Assembly (NCBI GenBank): GCA_017446265.1
Contig: JAFSRD010000037.1
Location: 263 to 64,262, forward strand
Direction of reading: 5' to 3'
DNA length: 64,000 nucleotides
From: Treponema sp.
GTDB lineage: Bacteria; Spirochaetota; Spirochaetia; Treponematales; Treponemataceae
In this document: piece after piece, positions 27,627 to 37,316 of the stretch
How the letters are laid out: each line of letters opens with the position of its first letter
Numbering within the stretch: the stretch's first letter is position 1
Program-made: the position numbers and the translations under genes
The notes under the pieces: generated by a model
The model's database searches: none
What the model was told of the DNA's origin: nothing
What the model saw: only the letters and a program-made list of their open reading frames with translations

Positions 27627-29057
27627 GTGAACAAGCATGATTTTCCGAAAATACATTTCTATGATCAGGATTTTGTAGATATTTATAATAAAACGTGGGC
27701 GATGCTCACAGATTTTTGGATTGACCCGTCAACAGCAAAGCCATCTACCTCTGGATGTTTTTTATATCCTGATGGCAACAGGAGCGTTATTGACCAGTTT
27801 GAATCTATTTTTGCGTCATTTTTTCTCGTATATTCAAATAGAAATTTTACCGCAAGCCAAAACATCGATTACTTCTATAATCATCAAGAAAAGAGCGGCG
27901 CTATCCGCTGGCGGTATGATGCAAAAAGCGGCAAACCTGTAGTGAACAATGCAAATCCTGAAGGTGTCGGCATGCCGTTGTTCGCATGGGCTGAATTCAA
28001 CTTGTATCATAAATCTGCGAACAAACGGCGTATCAAGGAAGTGATGCCGAAGTTGCAGAAATATATGACCTGGATTGACCAGACGTTTAAGCAGGAGAAT
28101 GGCCTGTACGCTGTTCCGCCAAGCGCAAGCACTATGTTCAATGCGCCGCGAGACAAGTGCGTGTACCCGATAGATTTCAACGCTGCCATGGCAATAAACG
28201 CTTCCCACATGTCTGCGCTCGGCGACATTCTCAACGACAAAGATTTGAGCTTTCAGTACAGGCGCATGTATTTTTCAATTAAGACACGAATCAATTCGCT
28301 CATGTGGGACAACGACACAAAGTTTTACCACGACCTTGATAAGTCTGCGCGGCGGTTGCCTGAAAAAACAATTGCAGGTTTTTGGCCGTTGCTTGCAGAA
28401 CTTCCGAACGCAGAAAAAGCGGAGCAGCTCATCTTGCATTTGAGCAATGAGTCTGAGTTTGGTACAGAGCATCCGTTTCCAACGCTTTCTGCAGACAGCA
28501 AATATTTCAGAAAGACGGGCGAAGGATTTTGCGGCAGCGTGTATCCTGCGTTCAATTTTATGATTGTCAAAGGGCTTGAAAAGTATCAGCACTACGAGCT
28601 TGCACGGGAATGTGCCATACGTCATTTGTATTTTGTCCTTGAAGGATTTTTGCCAAATGATTCAAAACAAAAGGGCGATGTATACGAAGCGTATTTGCCG
28701 TGCAAAGAGGGCAAAGCCTCGCTTGCGAAAGAAGCAAATTTTCCGCGTCCGCACTATTTGATTACGACGAGCCTTTCTACAATTGCGTTGATGATAGAAA
28801 ATGTCATTGGGCTTTCCATAAGTTTGCCGCGCAAAACAGTTGACTGGATTATCCCCAATCTTGAGATTATGGGAATTGAAAATCTTTCGCTCAAACGCAA
28901 TTTAATAACTATATTGAGCAACAAAAGCAATCGTGGCTGGGAAATCCAGATGGAAAGTGAAAAACTGTATTACTTTACGATAAACATTCTCGGACAAAAG
29001 AAAAAGACGCTGCCTATTCCATCTGGCAAGTGCTCCATGCTCATCGACAAACTGTAA
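27627..29057 (+). CDS. six-hairpin glycoside hydrolase (trehalase/GH63-like)
   Basis: GTG start after AGGAG. 476-aa cytoplasmic protein whose pattern resembles (alpha/alpha)6 glycosidases. Family assignment is tentative. Confidence 0.65.
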   Translation: MNKHDFPKIHFYDQDFVDIYNKTWAMLTDFWIDPSTAKPSTSGCFLYPDGNRSVIDQFESIFASFFLVYSNRNFTASQNIDYFYNHQEKSGAIRWRYDAKSGKPVVNNANPEGVGMPLFAWAEFNLYHKSANKRRIKEVMPKLQKYMTWIDQTFKQENGLYAVPPSASTMFNAPRDKCVYPIDFNAAMAINASHMSALGDILNDKDLSFQYRRMYFSIKTRINSLMWDNDTKFYHDLDKSARRLPEKTIAGFWPLLAELPNAEKAEQLILHLSNESEFGTEHPFPTLSADSKYFRKTGEGFCGSVYPAFNFMIVKGLEKYQHYELARECAIRHLYFVLEGFLPNDSKQKGDVYEAYLPCKEGKASLAKEANFPRPHYLITTSLSTIALMIENVIGLSISLPRKTVDWIIPNLEIMGIENLSLKRNLITILSNKSNRGWEIQMESEKLYYFTINILGQKKKTLPIPSGKCSMLIDKL

Positions 29058-29068
29058 GGCGGCAGCTG

Positions 29069-29590
29069 ATGAAAAAGATTTTAGTTGTCGTCGATATGCA
29101 GAACGATTTTATTGACGGTGCGCTTGGCACAAAGGAAGCTGTCGCAATTGTTGAAAACGTAAAAGATAAAATTCGTTCATATCCAAAAGAAAATATATAT
29201 GCCACGCGCGACACGCACCAAAAAGATTATCTTGAGACGCAAGAAGGGCAGCTGCTTCCTGTAATGCACTGCATTGCAGGAACAACGGGCTGGCGCATGC
29301 ACAAAGAGATACAAGCGCTTTTGCGTGGTGCAAAAATAATTAATAAACCGACATTTGGTTCAGTGGCGCTTGCAAAAAAACTTGCAAAAGAGAATAAAAC
29401 AGAACAGCTCGAAATAGAACTTGTCGGGTTGTGCACCGACATCTGTGTCGTTTCAAATGCGCTGCTTTTAAAAGCGTTTATGCCTGAAGCGCGCATCTGT
29501 GTTGATGCAAGTTGCTGCGCGGGCGTTACACCAGAAAAACATGCCGCTGCGCTTGAAACGATGAAAAGCTGTCAGATTCAAATACGATAA
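29069..29590 (+). CDS. isochorismatase-family cysteine hydrolase (nicotinamidase-like)
   Basis: VVVDMQNDF motif and catalytic Cys context GLCTDICV. Confidence 0.88.
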   Translation: MKKILVVVDMQNDFIDGALGTKEAVAIVENVKDKIRSYPKENIYATRDTHQKDYLETQEGQLLPVMHCIAGTTGWRMHKEIQALLRGAKIINKPTFGSVALAKKLAKENKTEQLEIELVGLCTDICVVSNALLLKAFMPEARICVDASCCAGVTPEKHAAALETMKSCQIQIR

Positions 29591-29740
29591 TTATTATAAA
29601 ATTAACGCACATAAAAAATGATGGCATAAAATATCACACATCATTTATGCATCACTTGAAGTTGCGCGCAGAGTGTATTATACTAATATCATATTGTGAA
29701 ATTATAAAAGTTGCCGGGTTGTATTGAGGTAGTTGTTTTA

Positions 29741-32479
29741 ATGAAAGAAAACTGCATTGATTGTCTTTTGCGCACGGACACTGAAGTAACGAGTGAAGAA
29801 CTCTTCGCCATGACGCGCTATGTTCCGTACCGCGTTGTAAAATCAATTGGCGAGGCCGCATGCTGTTTTTTTGACAAAAAAATTGAAAAGTTGTTCGGCG
29901 TTGTCATATATCTTGACATAAAAGGCTTTACTTCTATCGTAGACGGCTACATGAAAACTGGGCGCGATATTGCAGATTTGCAAAGCACGCTTTCCGATTA
30001 CTATTCTGTCATCATAGAGACTGTACGCGAATTTGGCGGTTCTGTATTTCAGTTTGCAGGCGATTCAATTCTCATCTGTTTTGATAAATTGCCAAACGAG
30101 AGCGATGAAGATAATTTGCGCCGTGCGCTTGCCGCTATGATTCTCGCGCTTGACTTGAGCGACAACTACAATGTCGTATCAGAGCAGATTGTTGGCTTTA
30201 CGCTGCATCCAAAAATTGGCATAGGATACGGAGAATTTTTTCAAATTACGCTCGGCACTACAGAGCGATATATGACGCCTGTGCTTGCAGGAACTGCGGT
30301 AATCCAAGCAGTCAAAATGGAAGAGATGTGCGAAAAGCAGGAAATTGTGGTGAGTTTTCCTGTATGGAATTTGGCATGCAATATTGGGCTTGAAAAGTAT
30401 TTTGCAGAACAGGAAGGCTTTTTCCATCTAACCGACATTCCTGAAGATTTTGCTCATGCGGTAGAACGTCCTGAATACACTGCCCCCGAAGACTTGTTTA
30501 GCAATCCGCGCTTTTATAACCGCGTGTACTCGTTTATCAATCCGATAATTTTGAATCAGATAAAAAACAATGTGCAAGGCTTTTCTGGCGATTACCGCGA
30601 TGTGACGTGTTGCATGGTGCGGTTTGACGGCGTGTTTGAAAAAGCAATCAGCGAGTCATCTATTGCTGAAGGGTATGCAAGCCTTAACAAAGTGTACGAG
30701 ATAGTGCAAGATATTTCTACTCGGTTTGGCGGATATTGCGGCAAACCCGACTTGAGCGACAAAGGCATTGTGTTTCCTGTGTTTTTTGGCATGCCTGTTG
30801 CAATTGAAAACAAAGAACGCATGGCAATTTTGTTTGCGAACGAGCTTATCAACGAAGAAAAAATTGATTCAAATAAGATTTCTGTAAATGTCGGAATTTC
30901 CACCGGCGTTGCGTATGCGGGAGAGTTTGGCGCAAACATGCGCAAAGATTTTACAATTGTTGGCAACGCAATCAATTTTGCTGCTCGCCTTATGATGAAT
31001 GCGAGCAACCACGGACGGTTTGCTGTTTTCATCGATTCCGCAACGCGCAGAAAGACGCAAAAAATGTGCAACACGGAAAGCCGGCCTGCAATTATGCTTA
31101 AAGGATTTGCAGAAAAGCAGGTGGTGTTTCAATTCATGTCGGTAAAAAAACAGATTGAAAAAGCTGACTACAAAACAGCATTGCTTGGCAGAATGCGCGA
31201 ACGCATTGCGCTTTTGTCGCTCTATGAGCAGTGCAGCGAAAAGCATGTTGTTCTTGCTCCGATTATGGGCGATGTTGGGCTTGGCAAATCGTACCTTGTG
31301 GAACAGTTCCTTGCTGACGTAACAAATGGTCGTGACGATATAATTGTTTTGCACGGCGCCGCATATCCATATGAAGAGGAGACGCCTTTTTTTATGTGGC
31401 GTGAAATTGTTAAGCAAATAATCAGCATTGACGATGCAATGAAAGGTGAAGATTTGTTGCAGCATGTTGCCGCTGTTTTTGCTGAAATTGTGCCCGACAA
31501 TAAAAATTGGATATCGTATTTTCTTTTGATGCTTGGCTTTAATTTTGTAGAAAATCAATTTACAAAAGGTCTTGACGATGCTGCAAAGCAAAAGCATTTT
31601 TATGCAATCGTGTATGCGCTCATTGTGCACTACGCAAAGCAACACCCGCTTATCATTGTGCTTGAAGACATTGAATGTAGCGACGCAATATCGCTTCACA
31701 TGCTTGAATATATATGCATGCAGCAGGATAGAGCATCTGTTTTTATTATTCCTGTTTCTCGCGAGTCTAAAAAAATACGACAGCTTTTTGCGCGCAACAA
31801 TGTCTCGGTGATGCAGCTTGGACGCATTGACAACAACTTTGCTTCTCAGCTTGCACGGGAACTGCTCAATTTTGAAACTCCTGACAAGTCGCTCATAGAA
31901 AAGATTACTACGATGGCAAACGGCAATCCGCTTTTTATAAATATCATTGTCGAGAGTCTTATTGATAGCGGCGCAATAGAAAAAACTGCTGGCGGCCACA
32001 ATCGCCTTGTAAAGGAAATGCCGCAGCTGAAAATTCCATATACGATTCAAAATTTTGTTCTTGCTCGTTTGAGCGCGTTGCCGTTTGAGGCGCAAGTTAT
32101 TTGCAAGAACGCATCTGTAATAGGATTTACTTTTTCGCTCTCCATGCTGTCTGCGCTTATTCCAGAGACGCTCACGCAAGAAGTTGTCGAGCACTCGCTT
32201 GAGCTGCTCGTTGAGCAAGGGTTGATAATGTACATCAATATGAGAAAAACGCTGTTTGGCTTTAAAGAAGCGTTGATTCGCGATGTAATTTACCGCACCA
32301 TAATTGAAGCGACAAAAAAAAGTTTGAACCGCACCATGATGGAATATCTTGAAGAAAAATATAAGGATGACATTGTGTCTGTGGCAGACAAACTTTTGTA
32401 CTATGCAACAGAGGCAAAAGAGGAAGAAGCAATCGAAAAATATTCAAAGCTTGTCGTGGAGATGCACGGTGACGCGTGA
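29741..32479 (+). CDS. tandem class III adenylate/guanylate cyclase domains fused to an AAA_16-type P-loop NTPase and helical repeats
   Basis: CHD1 (..VIYLDIKGFT..FAGDSILICF..), CHD2 (..CCMVRFDGVF..VNVGISTGVAYAGEFG..TIVGNAINFAARL..), Walker A GDVGLGKS, Walker B-like IIVLEDIE. Confidence 0.85.
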   Translation: MKENCIDCLLRTDTEVTSEELFAMTRYVPYRVVKSIGEAACCFFDKKIEKLFGVVIYLDIKGFTSIVDGYMKTGRDIADLQSTLSDYYSVIIETVREFGGSVFQFAGDSILICFDKLPNESDEDNLRRALAAMILALDLSDNYNVVSEQIVGFTLHPKIGIGYGEFFQITLGTTERYMTPVLAGTAVIQAVKMEEMCEKQEIVVSFPVWNLACNIGLEKYFAEQEGFFHLTDIPEDFAHAVERPEYTAPEDLFSNPRFYNRVYSFINPIILNQIKNNVQGFSGDYRDVTCCMVRFDGVFEKAISESSIAEGYASLNKVYEIVQDISTRFGGYCGKPDLSDKGIVFPVFFGMPVAIENKERMAILFANELINEEKIDSNKISVNVGISTGVAYAGEFGANMRKDFTIVGNAINFAARLMMNASNHGRFAVFIDSATRRKTQKMCNTESRPAIMLKGFAEKQVVFQFMSVKKQIEKADYKTALLGRMRERIALLSLYEQCSEKHVVLAPIMGDVGLGKSYLVEQFLADVTNGRDDIIVLHGAAYPYEEETPFFMWREIVKQIISIDDAMKGEDLLQHVAAVFAEIVPDNKNWISYFLLMLGFNFVENQFTKGLDDAAKQKHFYAIVYALIVHYAKQHPLIIVLEDIECSDAISLHMLEYICMQQDRASVFIIPVSRESKKIRQLFARNNVSVMQLGRIDNNFASQLARELLNFETPDKSLIEKITTMANGNPLFINIIVESLIDSGAIEKTAGGHNRLVKEMPQLKIPYTIQNFVLARLSALPFEAQVICKNASVIGFTFSLSMLSALIPETLTQEVVEHSLELLVEQGLIMYINMRKTLFGFKEALIRDVIYRTIIEATKKSLNRTMMEYLEEKYKDDIVSVADKLLYYATEAKEEEAIEKYSKLVVEMHGDA

Positions 32480-33404
32480 AATCATTTTTGTCAATCCTGT
32501 GCTAAAAGAAACGGTATGGGGTGGCTCGCGCCTTGCAGAATTCGGATGCACAATGCCAAGCAGTTGCGTCGGCGAGGCGTGGTGTGTGAGCGCGCATCCA
32601 CATGGCGACTGTGTTGTTGCTTCAGGCGCATATGCGGGCGCGCATCTTTCAGAACTTTGGCATAATTACCGCGAGCTTTTTGGCAATTGTGAAAGCAACC
32701 AGTTTCCGCTTTTAACAAAAATCATCGATGCAGAAAAAGATTTGTCAATTCAGGTGCATCCCGACGATGCATATGCGAAAGCTAACGAAGGCGGTTCGCT
32801 TGGAAAAACAGAGTGCTGGTATGTTTTAGATGCGCGGCCGAATGCAAAAATAATAATCGGCCATCATGCAAAAAGTTGTGCGGAAGTGGAATCGATGATT
32901 GTGCAGCAGCGGTGGAGCGAATTTATTCGTGAAGTGCCCGTTCGCAAAGGAGATTTTTTCTTTATTGCGCCAGGCACTGTTCACGCGATTAAAGGCGGCA
33001 CGCTGCTGCTCGAAACACAACAAAGCAGCGACGTAACATACCGCGTGTACGATTATGACAGGCTTGGCAGCGACGGCAAACCGCGCGCGCTCCATATTGC
33101 GCAGAGCATTGATGTGATAACGGCTCCGTTTGTGGAAAGCGTGCCGCCGAAACATGCGCGTAAAACGGCGAATGCTGCGTTGCGCGAACTTGTGGGGTGC
33201 GCGTATTTTTCTGTGTGGGAGACAGCTGTTGCAGGCAGCACAGAACTTGTGCAAGACCAACAATTTATGATTGTGTCTGTTGTTGACGGCTGCGGCACTG
33301 TTGACGGCGTGCGCATACAAAAAGGCAGTCACTTTATTGTGCCGTTTGCATATGGCAGCGCGCATTTTGATGGCTCCATGCAGCTTGTCATCTCCGCTGT
33401 GTAG
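32469..33404 (+). CDS. manA: type I mannose-6-phosphate isomerase
   Basis: GTG after GGAGA. Motifs PVLKETVWGG, QVHPDD and TECWYVL. Overlaps the cyclase stop by 11 nt. Confidence 0.88.
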   Translation: MTREIIFVNPVLKETVWGGSRLAEFGCTMPSSCVGEAWCVSAHPHGDCVVASGAYAGAHLSELWHNYRELFGNCESNQFPLLTKIIDAEKDLSIQVHPDDAYAKANEGGSLGKTECWYVLDARPNAKIIIGHHAKSCAEVESMIVQQRWSEFIREVPVRKGDFFFIAPGTVHAIKGGTLLLETQQSSDVTYRVYDYDRLGSDGKPRALHIAQSIDVITAPFVESVPPKHARKTANAALRELVGCAYFSVWETAVAGSTELVQDQQFMIVSVVDGCGTVDGVRIQKGSHFIVPFAYGSAHFDGSMQLVISAV

Positions 33405-33413
33405 TGTAACGGA

Positions 33414-34133
33414 GTGCGCAGCATGTCAAATGGCAATGAGTTGGATGGTGGGCAGTTTTCTCGCACAAAATTATTAATCGGAGGCGCAGGGCTTGAGGCG
33501 CTTTGCCGTGCGCGCGTTATTGTGTTTGGCGTTGGCGGCGTAGGAGGATTTGTCGTTGAAGCGCTTGCACGCGCAGGGGTTGGCGCGCTCGACATTGTAG
33601 ACAGCGATACAGTTGCCCTTTCAAATTTGAACAGGCAGATTATTGCGCTTCACAGCACGCTCGGCACCTGTAAAGTTGATGCGATGAAAGCGCGCATTTA
33701 CGACATACATCCAGCATGTCGAGTGACCGCGCACAACTGCTTTTTTCTTCCTGAAAATGCCGATTCGTTTGATTTTTCACACTATGATTATGTTGTAGAT
33801 GCAGTGGACACGGTGTCTGCAAAGTTGGAAATTATTAAAAAAGCAAAAGACGCACATGTGCCTGTCATAAGCTGCATGGGTACAGGCAATAAATTTGATG
33901 CAATGCAGTTTCACATTGCGGATATTTCCCAGACGAGCGTGTGTCCTCTTGCACGCGTGATGCGCCAAGAGCTGAAAAAGCGCGGTATTGAAAACGTAAA
34001 AGCGCTCTATTCAACGGCAAAACCGCTTGCAAACAACGCGCCTGTACCTGCAAGCATTTCGTTTGTTCCTGCGGTTGCGGGGCTTTTGATTGCAGGCGAA
34101 GTTATCCGCGAGATAACAAAATTGACAAGTTAG
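33414..34133 (+). CDS. tcdA: tRNA threonylcarbamoyladenosine dehydratase (ThiF/TcdA family)
   Basis: GVGGVGG Rossmann motif, D.D....NLNRQ, CMGTGNK. Confidence 0.85.
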   Translation: MRSMSNGNELDGGQFSRTKLLIGGAGLEALCRARVIVFGVGGVGGFVVEALARAGVGALDIVDSDTVALSNLNRQIIALHSTLGTCKVDAMKARIYDIHPACRVTAHNCFFLPENADSFDFSHYDYVVDAVDTVSAKLEIIKKAKDAHVPVISCMGTGNKFDAMQFHIADISQTSVCPLARVMRQELKKRGIENVKALYSTAKPLANNAPVPASISFVPAVAGLLIAGEVIREITKLTS

Positions 34134-34193
34134 CTTTCTCGGTTTATAATTTAAAAAATATGCTTTACGGCTTTATAGCTTCGGAGATACACG

Positions 34194-34889
34194 ATGGCAA
34201 AACAACATATTATTAAATTTACTGGCATTGGTTCTGCGTTTAATCCTGCGTTTGGAAATACAAGCGCCTATTTTATTAAAGGTGAAACACTCGTTTTACT
34301 TGATTGCGGCGAAACAGTTTTTATGCGCATACAAAAATTGGCAGCATCAAAACGCATAAAACGCATCATAGTGATTCTTACGCACATGCATAGCGACCAC
34401 ATTGGCAGTCTCGGTACGCTTATTTCATACTGTTTTTATGTTATGCACAAACCTGTCGAAGTGCTGTATCCTGCCAAGATAGTAAACCGCTTTTTGCAAA
34501 GTGCAGGCATTCGTGAAGGTCAGTACACGTATTACCATGCTGCGCCAAAAACATGGGGCTTTTCAGTTGTGCCGCACAAAGTTTTTCACGTAGAGGGCAT
34601 GGCGTGTTTTGGGTATGAGATTTCGCTGAACAACACGACATTTTACTATAGCGGAGACGCTGACGATATTCCCGACAAAGTGCTTGAACGATTTCTTAAC
34701 AATGATATTGATGTGCTTTTTCATGAGACAACGCTTGACAAAAATACAAAGGAACACTGCCCGTATACAACGCTTGAACAAAAAATACCATTTGCAGAAC
34801 GAAAGCGTGTGTATTGCATGCATCTTGCAAGCAGCGCGTGCATAACAGTTTTGAAGAAAAAAGGATTTCAGATTCCAGATGTCGTATAA
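34194..34889 (+). CDS. MBL-fold metallo-hydrolase (RNase Z-like short form)
   Basis: THMHSDH motif. Confidence 0.85.
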   Translation: MAKQHIIKFTGIGSAFNPAFGNTSAYFIKGETLVLLDCGETVFMRIQKLAASKRIKRIIVILTHMHSDHIGSLGTLISYCFYVMHKPVEVLYPAKIVNRFLQSAGIREGQYTYYHAAPKTWGFSVVPHKVFHVEGMACFGYEISLNNTTFYYSGDADDIPDKVLERFLNNDIDVLFHETTLDKNTKEHCPYTTLEQKIPFAERKRVYCMHLASSACITVLKKKGFQIPDVV

Positions 34890-34895
34890 ACTAGA

Positions 34896-34925
34896 CCTGT
34901 TCTGCAACTGATGCTTCCGAACAGG
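34896..34925 (+). repeat. REP-like palindromic element, copy 2 (core only)
   Basis: CCTGTTCtgcaactgatgcttccGAACAGG, 6 nt after the stop codon. Confidence 0.8.
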
Positions 34926-34961
34926 TCTGCTGCTTGCAGCCACAGTTGCCGCGCATAAATT

Positions 34962-35495
34962 TCACTGTGTCATCGATTCACGTATGCAGCTGTACGCGTC
35001 GATTAATTTTTCAAATGGCCAGCGTGCTTGATTGGCAGGACTTGTGGATGGCAGGCACACCGCCCGTATGCGTGTTTTGCTTTCGCACAGTCGTGTGTAC
35101 AATTTGTACGCAGTTTGCCCCGTGCAATATACGCGCGCAATACGCGATTCAGCGAGCACCTTTGAAAAGTCATTTGGCACAGGATTTTTTATGCTTGCGT
35201 CTGAAGCGCCACTGATTGTGCACGATGCGAGTACATCCCACAACGCTATGTGATGGCGAAGTACAAGGGCGCGCCGTTCTGCAATTGCCGCTTCTCCGTC
35301 AGAGTTTGCATAGTGCAGTGTTTCTTTAAAAATGGCAGCGAGCACGCGCCAAAACTGATTCTGTTTGTGCATGTAGTAAAATCCTGCGCTGCGAGAACCT
35401 GGAGATGGCATAGTGCCAAGAATGAGCGCAACGCTCTGTCTGTTCCACACAGGTTCAAGCGGATGTTCAATGCGGCAAACTGGTGCGTTGTCCAT
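34962..35495 (-). CDS. uracil-DNA-glycosylase-superfamily enzyme (DNA-deoxyinosine glycosylase-like)
   Basis: ILGTMPSPGS motif and FYYMHKQNQFW. Start chosen at MDNAPV. Confidence 0.75.
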   Translation of the reverse strand: MDNAPVCRIEHPLEPVWNRQSVALILGTMPSPGSRSAGFYYMHKQNQFWRVLAAIFKETLHYANSDGEAAIAERRALVLRHHIALWDVLASCTISGASDASIKNPVPNDFSKVLAESRIARVYCTGQTAYKLYTRLCESKTRIRAVCLPSTSPANQARWPFEKLIDAYSCIRESMTQ

Positions 35496-35579
35496 GCAAC
35501 TAGTATAGCAAAAAATTGTGCACATGCAACTGCCTGTTCACAAAATTATACTATAGTATGATATAGTATAAAAAAATGC

Positions 35580-35608
35580 TTGACAGCAGTACAATTGTAT
35601 GCTATATT
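35580..35608 (+). promoter_or_regulatory. putative strong sigma70-type promoter (TTGACA-17-TATATT)
   Basis: Consensus -35 at 35580-35585, 17-nt spacer, -10 at 35603-35608, about 75 nt upstream of the porin-like gene. Confidence 0.55.
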
Positions 35609-35684
35609 TTAAACAAATTTAAGAAACTGTATAGTTTCTTTATAGTAACTGTGTGTACAGTTGCTAAAAATGGAGGTAAATCTT

Positions 35685-36872
35685 ATGAAGAAGATTATTG
35701 GAGTTGCGCTTGTGTTAGTGCTTGTTGCAACAAGCGTCTTCGCACAAGTTTCGACAGGGGCACAATTTCGTCAGCGGGTTGATATTGCTAATTTTTCTTT
35801 ACAGAACGGCAATGCTACGTATAGTTTTTTTGACCAAGACCACAAAGACGACACAAAGGTTGCGGTATCTGCTTCTACCGATAATGCTGGTGTAGTACTT
35901 GAGGTGGCAGTTGATCTTGATACACCTTCGTGGACTATTAATAACGTAAAAGGTGGTTGGTTTCGCATTGGTGACGTATATGGTTGGTTTCGCGTTGGCG
36001 GCTTTAAAATGACCGCTGGTAAGTTTGCAAGTCGCTTTACAAACCGTCTTGTTCAGGACAGGAGCAGGGCACTTGGTTTATCATATCTTTTCAGCACGTA
36101 TGGTGTTAAAACTAGTGTTATAAAAGTTGCGGGTACAAAAGATGGAGACAACATGACAAACGACAGTGAACTTGCCACAATTGCAGACTACACGTTTGAC
36201 CTTGACGTTGCAAAATTGCTCGTGCAAGGTGCGTTGTTTGATCCAGCTTTCAACAACATTATGAGGAGCGGCTTTGGCTTTGAAGCGGCATTCCAGATGG
36301 ATATGTTTACTATTGACCTCGTTGCTAAATTCCCCGAGCCATATCACCATTCTTTTGGCGTATATTTCCAGATGTACCCGGTTGACTTGCTCCAGTTTGC
36401 TGTGGGCGCTACACTTGGTATTGATAGCACTGATGCAGACGTAAAGCCGTTTGTATACGGCATTGACGGTCGCGTGCGCTTGACGCCGCTCGATGCGCTT
36501 GCAATTACTGTCCATGCAAATTTCTCAGGTGGTGTGACGAGTTTTTCACTAGCGGGAATAAATTCCAAAAAAACAGAATACTGTTTTGGTGCAGTTGCTA
36601 ACGTCACGTACGACATCAACGACAAATTTGCAATCTTTGGTGAAGCAGGGTATAGCGATCTTGATGTTGCTAAGACCACGGTTACTTTTGGAGGTAATAC
36701 GACGACAACAGTTGATAAAAATGAGAGTGGTGCAGTAAGAGCACAGATAGGCACGCTTATTCGTCCTGTTGAGAACGTAAAACTCGCAGCTTCTGTTCGG
36801 GCAGACATTCCAACAGGTGGTGGTGCTACTACTACGATTGGCATTCCGCTCGTATTCGACATTTCGTTTTAA
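35685..36872 (+). CDS. outer-membrane beta-barrel (porin-like) protein
   Basis: ATG after GGAGG. Signal peptide (..LVATSVFA|Q), alternating beta pattern, C-terminal ..VFDISF with a terminal Phe. Confidence 0.8.
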   Translation: MKKIIGVALVLVLVATSVFAQVSTGAQFRQRVDIANFSLQNGNATYSFFDQDHKDDTKVAVSASTDNAGVVLEVAVDLDTPSWTINNVKGGWFRIGDVYGWFRVGGFKMTAGKFASRFTNRLVQDRSRALGLSYLFSTYGVKTSVIKVAGTKDGDNMTNDSELATIADYTFDLDVAKLLVQGALFDPAFNNIMRSGFGFEAAFQMDMFTIDLVAKFPEPYHHSFGVYFQMYPVDLLQFAVGATLGIDSTDADVKPFVYGIDGRVRLTPLDALAITVHANFSGGVTSFSLAGINSKKTEYCFGAVANVTYDINDKFAIFGEAGYSDLDVAKTTVTFGGNTTTTVDKNESGAVRAQIGTLIRPVENVKLAASVRADIPTGGGATTTIGIPLVFDISF

Positions 36873-36880
36873 TTAATAGG

Positions 36881-36911
36881 CCTGTTCTGGAACTGAAGAT
36901 TTCCGAACAGG
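36881..36911 (+). repeat. REP-like palindromic element, copy 3
   Basis: CCTGTTCtggaactgaagatttccGAACAGG, 8 nt after the stop. Confidence 0.8.
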
Positions 36912-36934
36912 TTTAATAGTAGCATAGTAGTGCG

Positions 36935-36967
36935 CTCCCCCTGTTTTGCAGGGGGAGTTTTTGTTTT
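36935..36967 (+). terminator. rho-independent terminator
   Basis: ctccccctg-ttttg-cagggggag followed by tttttgtttt. Confidence 0.85.
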
Positions 36968-37125
36968 GGGAGACTTTGACGCTGCTATATAGGGAGCGCA
37001 ATCAATAAGCGAGTTTTCCTCGAAAATTTGAAGCTAGAGTGATGGCGCGCTGTGCCACATTTCACGGAGATGCATATTGTGAAGTTAATCAAAAGGATAA
37101 GAAGTTCTAACATGGAGGTGTTTAT

Positions 37126-37209
37126 ATGTCAGATGCAGCTTTTAATTCTATGATTGCGGAAGTTGATGGCTTTTCTATTGTAATGATGTATAAAGTACCA
37201 AAACCGTAA
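37126..37209 (+). CDS. candidate 27-aa small ORF (MSDAAFNSMIAEVDGFSIVMMYKVPKP)
   Basis: ATG 6 nt after GGAGG (37115-37119), about 100 nt upstream of the DUF4139-like gene. No other support. Confidence 0.25.
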   Translation: MSDAAFNSMIAEVDGFSIVMMYKVPKP

Positions 37210-37316
37210 CATTTATCATGTACAATTATTTAAAATGTGCTATACTTATCGTAAAAGCGTATGCAGACCTGTCGCGTCATTCGCAGTTGTCTGATGTTGT
37301 GAAACAGAGGTATTGT

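Noticed and set aside
30869-32218. 449-aa ORF on the reverse strand, entirely inside the cyclase-AAA gene
   Set aside because: It is antisense to a gene with clear domain motifs. Its product is low-complexity (K/R/F/N/L-rich) with no recognisable motif, SD or promoter. This is a typical shadow ORF.
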